Below the pieces are notes generated by a model. The model was not told the origin of the DNA, did no database searches, and worked only from the letters and a program-made list of their open reading frames with translations. A stretch of 8,881 bases of DNA, from positions 1 through 8,881 of the forward strand of contig CAYXWK010000011.1 of the NCBI GenBank assembly GCA_964468785.1, in the 5' to 3' direction. Positions 5,568-8,881 of this stretch are shown here, piece by piece. The stretch is from Candidatus Woesearchaeota archaeon. Its GTDB lineage: Archaea > Nanobdellota > Nanobdellia > Pacearchaeales > GW2011-AR1. The position numbers and the translations under genes were made by a program. The number at the start of each line of letters is the position of its first letter. The first letter of the stretch is position 1.

Positions 5568-7781
5568 ATGATTAAGAAATTTATTGGTGCAGGAGAAATT
5601 TTTTTATTAGTTAGTTTGAGCTTTGCGATTTCGTTTATGATGAGTGAGAATTTTGTTAGTGGGCAGATTGGTATCCTTGATACTATTAATCCGGCTATTC
5701 CTACTCTTCCGAGTTTTAGTCCTTCAAGCATCCCTACGCCTTCTACATTTACTGGTGGTGGAGCTGGCGCAGATTTTGTAGGGCCTCCATCAAGTTTAGC
5801 AAACCCGGAGGTGCTGTTACCCGATCCTAGCCTGCCTAATAGTGGTCTTGGCGTTGGAGAGATTGCTCCAAAAGTTACAGAAACGCAATCATTTCTTACT
5901 GGAAGTGGACCGGGAACGATAAGCGGACTTTTCAAAGGACAATTTTTCGGAGTAGGGCCTGAACTTGGTGGAACTGCTTTTGGAGGAGCCGTTAGTTCTT
6001 TGGCATCTGGACTTGTTTGGGGAGCGATTGTTTACGGAGGTTTGCGCCTTGTTGGAGGGCTGTTTGGATTGAGCGATAGCCAGTCACAAGCGTTAGCTTT
6101 CGCGGGCGGAGCGGGAACTTTTGTCGGAACGACTCTTTATTTTATAGGTCAGAATTTTGGAACTACTGCTTTTTTGACTACCGGAACTGCTGCGTTTATG
6201 TGGGGATTGGGAATTGGTGTTGCAATATTTTTGGCAACTTACAAGAAAGAAAAATCTGAAGTTGTCCAATTTATTTGTGAGCCGTGGCAGCCACCGATAG
6301 GTGGAAGAGATTGCGAGAAATGTAACGAAGACCCTCTGATTCCGTGTTCTGAATACAGATGTACGAGTTTAGGACAGGCGTGTGAAATTAAAAACAAGGG
6401 AACCGAAAACGAAGTGTGTGTCTGGGCGCATCCGGGAGATGTTGATGCTCCGAGAATCACTCCGTGGAACGAAGCACTAAAACCGAGTGAACTAATATAT
6501 ACTCCAGAAGGAAATGGTTATAAAATAACACTGCCCGGCGCGCCTGGTGGTTGTCTTGAACCTTTCTCGCGACTCGAATTTGGATTAAGAACTAATGAGC
6601 CATCGCAATGTAGAATTTCTCTTGACCCAAACGCTACTTTTAACGGGGCGGGAACTTATTTGTTTGGAGGTTCAACTCTTTTTGCGAACGAACATGCGCA
6701 AAGAAACTTTAGAATTCCTAATCCATTTGTACCTGAAGAGGACGGAGATGCTCCGACCATACATAACAACGGATTATTTACTCTTTATGTCAGATGTGCG
6801 GACGCTAACGGGAACGGGATGGATGGCGCGCCTACGCCTTTCAGGTTCTGTGTGCAGCCCGGACCAGATACGAGGGAGCCCGTAATTGAAGGTTTTAATA
6901 TACGGGATGGGAGTGCCGTGAGATATGAAGTTGATTTCGTTCCAATTGAAGTATATACTAACGAGCCGGCTACATGCAGATGGAGCAAGAGCGATAAATC
7001 ATATTCTGATATGGAAAATAGCATGAGATGCGCGACAAGTTCGAGAGACATCGGACCTAACTCTCAATTCACCTGTTCGGGAGAGTTGAGCGGGGTTCAG
7101 GACAGGCAAAACAATACTTTCTACTTTAGATGCTCTGACCAGCCACTTGCTACAATTGGAAGAAACACTATGCAATATAGCGTGCCGTTAACATTGAGAG
7201 GAACACAACCACTGACTATACAAAATACTGCGCCGAGTGGAGAGATAAGAGGAGCAACTTCTTTTGTGAATGTCAATCTTAGCGTTACTACAGCTCACGG
7301 TGCAGATGAAGGAAAGGCGACGTGTTATTATGAATTGAGTGAGAATGGTCCATTTAACATAGCAATGAACGGAGCTGGAACATTTTCCCATTTCCAACCG
7401 CTCCCACGTGAAGCAGGAAATCATAATGTTTACTTTAGGTGTATTGACTCTGGTGGAAATGTCGCGTCCTCGATGACTTCTTTTAATGTATTTGTTGACA
7501 CTCAAGAGCCTATGATAACGAGAATATTCAGAGATGGACAAAGCATAAAGATTATAACTAATGAGGACGCAAGATGTGTTTACTCTCTGAACAGCTGTAA
7601 CTATGAGTTTGAGAGCGGAATACCTTTGACATATGAAACTGTTGGTGGAGATATTGCGCGTGAAAGACATCTTTTGGAATGGAATAAAGAAGTAACATAC
7701 CATATAAAGTGTGAAGATTATCAGGGAAAGAGAGTCGCGCCGAATGAATGTAGTGCAGTAATTCAAGGTGCAGAGTTTTAA
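5568..7781 (+). CDS. Large membrane protein: N-terminal anchor, Pro/Ser-rich linker, glycine-rich polytopic membrane module, Cys-knot region and four Ig-like repeats
   Basis: 737-aa ORF. Hydrophobic aa 8-27; P/S/G-rich aa 40-135; Gly-rich hydrophobic aa ~136-225 (nt ~5973-6242); then YKKEK. Repeats are at nt ~6453-6860, 6876-7202, 7206-7496 and 7503-7778. Their motifs are TNEPSQCRIS...LYVRCADANGN, TNEPATCRWS...FYFRCSD, KATCYYE...VYFRCIDSGGN and TNEDARCVYS...YHIKCEDYQG. Confidence 0.9.
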   Translation: MIKKFIGAGEIFLLVSLSFAISFMMSENFVSGQIGILDTINPAIPTLPSFSPSSIPTPSTFTGGGAGADFVGPPSSLANPEVLLPDPSLPNSGLGVGEIAPKVTETQSFLTGSGPGTISGLFKGQFFGVGPELGGTAFGGAVSSLASGLVWGAIVYGGLRLVGGLFGLSDSQSQALAFAGGAGTFVGTTLYFIGQNFGTTAFLTTGTAAFMWGLGIGVAIFLATYKKEKSEVVQFICEPWQPPIGGRDCEKCNEDPLIPCSEYRCTSLGQACEIKNKGTENEVCVWAHPGDVDAPRITPWNEALKPSELIYTPEGNGYKITLPGAPGGCLEPFSRLEFGLRTNEPSQCRISLDPNATFNGAGTYLFGGSTLFANEHAQRNFRIPNPFVPEEDGDAPTIHNNGLFTLYVRCADANGNGMDGAPTPFRFCVQPGPDTREPVIEGFNIRDGSAVRYEVDFVPIEVYTNEPATCRWSKSDKSYSDMENSMRCATSSRDIGPNSQFTCSGELSGVQDRQNNTFYFRCSDQPLATIGRNTMQYSVPLTLRGTQPLTIQNTAPSGEIRGATSFVNVNLSVTTAHGADEGKATCYYELSENGPFNIAMNGAGTFSHFQPLPREAGNHNVYFRCIDSGGNVASSMTSFNVFVDTQEPMITRIFRDGQSIKIITNEDARCVYSLNSCNYEFESGIPLTYETVGGDIARERHLLEWNKEVTYHIKCEDYQGKRVAPNECSAVIQGAEF

Positions 7782-7804
7782 TCAACAAAATTGTTGCGAG
7801 CAGA

Positions 7805-7810
7805 TTTTTT
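7805..7810 (+). terminator. T6 run 24 nt after the stop of 5568..7781; possible archaeal oligo-T terminator
   Basis: Lies in the 70-nt convergent gap between 7781 and 7852. An A5 run at 7823-7827 would give the equivalent T5 for the minus-strand hjc. Confidence 0.3.
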
Positions 7811-7851
7811 AGGAGTTTGGGGAAAAATGTAAAGCTCGTCTTGGCTGGTGA

Positions 7852-8247
7852 CTAATTTTCAAAAAACTGACTGAATTTTTTTCCGTTTTCTTTTGCGTCT
7901 TTGAGAGAGATTGCCCAATATTTTCCTGTGTCTTTTAGCTGTTCCGGTATGATGAATATAAATCCTTCGCGATTGAATCTGACTGCAATTACCGGAGTTA
8001 AACCGAGAATGTGGGAGAAAGTTATGAAATCATCTATTTGCTTTTTTGTTATGTATATTGTTGATTTTTTTGAGGACTTGCATTCTATAGTGTATCCTTT
8101 TTTTCCAGATTTTGCGGCTATTAAATCGCAAGGAGAATCATCTCCTACACCGGAGCCAGCGACACGAACTGCGCGCCAGGTTTGTTCTGTGAACAATTGA
8201 ATCAACTCTCTTTCAATTTTAGAACCTTTTGCTTTATTGTTAGGCAT
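7852..8247 (-). CDS. hjc: Archaeal Holliday junction resolvase Hjc
   Basis: 131 aa. KGSKIERELIQLF...AVRVAGSG...CDLIA...YTIECKSSKK..IYITKKQIDDFITFS...G.TPVIAVRF matches the Hjc pattern as I remember it: G-x-x-x-ERE, SGS, the catalytic D in DhIA, and E-x-K followed by IY..K.Q. Ends with TAG. Confidence 0.93.
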   Translation of the reverse strand: MPNNKAKGSKIERELIQLFTEQTWRAVRVAGSGVGDDSPCDLIAAKSGKKGYTIECKSSKKSTIYITKKQIDDFITFSHILGLTPVIAVRFNREGFIFIIPEQLKDTGKYWAISLKDAKENGKKFSQFFEN

Positions 8248-8270
8248 TTCTTAAATTAGAGAAGAAGGTT

Positions 8271-8280
8271 TTTATATTTT
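8271..8280 (-). promoter_or_regulatory. TATA-like box (AAAATATAAA on the minus strand) about 28 nt upstream of the hjc ATG (8247)
   Basis: Same spacing logic as the + strand promoters. Abuts the stop codon (8280-8282) of the upstream mini-gene. Confidence 0.4.
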
Positions 8281-8441
8281 CAGTTAGAGAATCGATTGAA
8301 AATCCAGCCGATTGAAATTATAATCAGGATTAACGGAATCCACGGAATATTTATTCTCCAGTAACCAATTTCTGAGAAAAGCCAGACGAGAGCGACTATG
8401 AGAACAATTACTGCGAATGTTGGGAATTTTGTTTTTGCCAT
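8280..8441 (-). CDS. Small (53 aa) two-TM membrane protein; not in the ORF track
   Basis: Hand translation of the minus strand gives MAKTKFPTFAVIVLIVALVWLFSEIGYWRINIPWIPLILIIISIGWIFNRFSN*: two clean hydrophobic helices with basic ends. It has its own TATA-like box about 25 nt upstream and fits the compact same-strand gene spacing. Confidence 0.5.
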   Translation of the reverse strand: MAKTKFPTFAVIVLIVALVWLFSEIGYWRINIPWIPLILIIISIGWIFNRFSN

Positions 8442-8460
8442 ATTTTATTTGAGTTTTTGT

Positions 8461-8472
8461 AATTTATAATTT
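8461..8472 (-). promoter_or_regulatory. TATA-like box (AAATTATAAATT on the minus strand) about 25 nt upstream of ATG 8441
   Basis: Position relative to the mini-gene start. Its upstream end (8472) overlaps the first base of the stop codon (8472-8474) of the preceding gene. Confidence 0.35.
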
Positions 8473-8639
8473 TATAGGTCGCGCGCTTGTAGGGTTCTTC
8501 TGCCGTTTGCTTTTGCACGCTCCGATGCTTCGCCTATGAGTTTTAGAACTTTCTTATTTAGGGCTTCCTCAAATTCCGATGCTACGCTCATACCATCTGC
8601 AACTTCACGAATTTTTGATTTAACAATTATTCCAGTCAT
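8472..8639 (-). CDS. Small (55 aa) histone-fold-like protein; not in the ORF track
   Basis: Hand translation gives MTGIIVKSKIREVADGMSVASEFEEALNKKVLKLIGEASERAKANGRRTLQARDL*. The pattern is helix, loop, long helix, ending ...A.ANGR+T+.A.D+, like the C-terminal part of archaeal histone-fold proteins. From memory it resembles the DUF1931-type mini-proteins; this is unverified. Confidence 0.6.
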   Translation of the reverse strand: MTGIIVKSKIREVADGMSVASEFEEALNKKVLKLIGEASERAKANGRRTLQARDL

Positions 8640-8660
8640 TTTATTTTTTAGAGGCAGGAT

Positions 8661-8670
8661 TATTTAAATT
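8661..8670 (-). promoter_or_regulatory. TATA-like box (ATTTAAATAA on the minus strand, preceded by TTGAAAAA) about 26 nt upstream of ATG 8639
   Basis: Spacing and A-rich BRE-like flank match the other five candidates. Confidence 0.4.
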
Positions 8671-8686
8671 TTTTCAAGAAGGAATC

Positions 8687-8881
8687 CTATAATTTTGCAT
8701 CATTACCTAACATTTCAATAAAGGCATTAATTTTTGCAGGCGTGCCTTCGGCACGAACGACGACCACCCTGCCATTGCCGTTAGACCTGCCCAAGCCCCC
8801 GACGTCGGAGTACCAGTAAGAACCGAGCCGACCCGCACAAGCGAGCCCTTTTTTTCTTGTCCAATCCCATTTGAAATCTTC
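8687..8881 (-). CDS. Possible 3' end of a CDS running off the window (…EDFKWDWTRKKGLACAGRLGSYWYSDVGGLGRSNGNGRVVVVRAEGTPAKINAFIEMLGNDAKL*); product unknown. The alternative is a structured RNA within 8737-8848.
   Basis: The minus-strand frame is open from the window edge to TAG at 8687-8689, 17 nt before the next promoter, which fits the compact layout. Against coding: codon usage in the GC-rich part (GGC x5, CGG, CGT, CTC) is atypical for the window. There is only a faint resemblance to acylphosphatase-like beta-alpha-beta patterns (A.RLG..W...D....GRV.V.AEG....I..FIE.L), and the C-terminal strands are missing. Confidence 0.35.
   Translation of the reverse strand, partial: EDFKWDWTRKKGLACAGRLGSYWYSDVGGLGRSNGNGRVVVVRAEGTPAKINAFIEMLGNDAKL

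Noticed and set aside
5336-5935. 199-aa antisense ORF spanning the junction of the 3805..5565 and 5568..7781 genes, plus smaller antisense ORFs at 4534..4908, 5018..5203, 5059..5418 and 5118..5471
   Set aside because: They lie opposite strongly supported sense genes with signal peptides, Cys patterns and repeats. The products are P/G/R/S-rich mirror-frame artefacts of the relatively GC-richer sense sequence.
7188-7788. 192-aa and 76-aa antisense ORFs opposite the last Ig-like repeats. Also the 6239..6460 and 6785..7051 minus-strand ORFs and the 6595..6885 alternative + frame.
   Set aside because: They overlap a sense frame whose repeats align to a paralog. None has independent promoter spacing or a recognisable fold pattern.
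7901-8200. 99-aa + strand ORF inside hjc
   Set aside because: It is antisense to a confidently recognised Hjc, and its translation has no recognisable features.
8737-8848. GC-rich island as a tRNA, 5S rRNA, SRP RNA, RNase P RNA or C/D-box sRNA
   Set aside because: On either strand I found no GTTCRAnnC T-loop with matching stems, no 5S loop-C/E-like CCGAAC..GAAGTTAAG, no GNAR-tetraloop/AGCA helix-8 signature, no GAGGAAAGTCC and no RUGAUGA/CUGA box pairs in the right geometry. It is left as an unassigned island in the findings.
1-8881. CRISPR arrays, IS elements or transposases, integrases, toxin-antitoxin pairs or known defence genes
   Set aside because: I saw no spaced direct repeats, terminal inverted repeats or recognisable transposase, integrase or nuclease motifs other than Hjc.

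Overview
AT-rich, densely coding window that looks archaeal. Evidence: a clear Holliday-junction resolvase (Hjc), one class III (prepilin-type) signal peptide, and A-rich BRE/TATA-like boxes 23-28 nt upstream of six start codons, which is a leaderless-mRNA layout. Positions 1-7781 form a co-directional (+) island of six genes. All six encode secreted or membrane-anchored, mostly cysteine-rich proteins, and I recognise no enzymatic motifs in any of them. (1) The C-terminal part of a four-domain Ig-like-repeat protein, interrupted by an in-frame TAG. (2) A membrane-anchored coiled-coil protein. (3) A 24-Cys acidic protein whose signal peptide is separated from its body by a T9 tract (frameshift). 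(4-6) A tightly coupled operon: a pilin-like protein, a ~43-Cys secreted two-module protein, and a large protein combining an N-terminal anchor, a Pro/Ser linker, a glycine-rich polytopic membrane module and four Ig-like repeats. Gene 6 is a collinear paralog of gene 1. This island is my candidate for an undescribed cell-surface or attachment apparatus, possibly from a small-genome DPANN-type archaeon; the taxonomic guess is inference only. The minus strand of 7852-8881 carries hjc, a 53-aa two-TM mini-protein, a 55-aa histone-fold-like mini-protein, and a sharply GC-rich (~66% vs ~26% flanks, hand count) 110-nt island. That island is either the 3' end of a partial CDS or a structured RNA. I found no rRNA, tRNA, CRISPR array or transposase.
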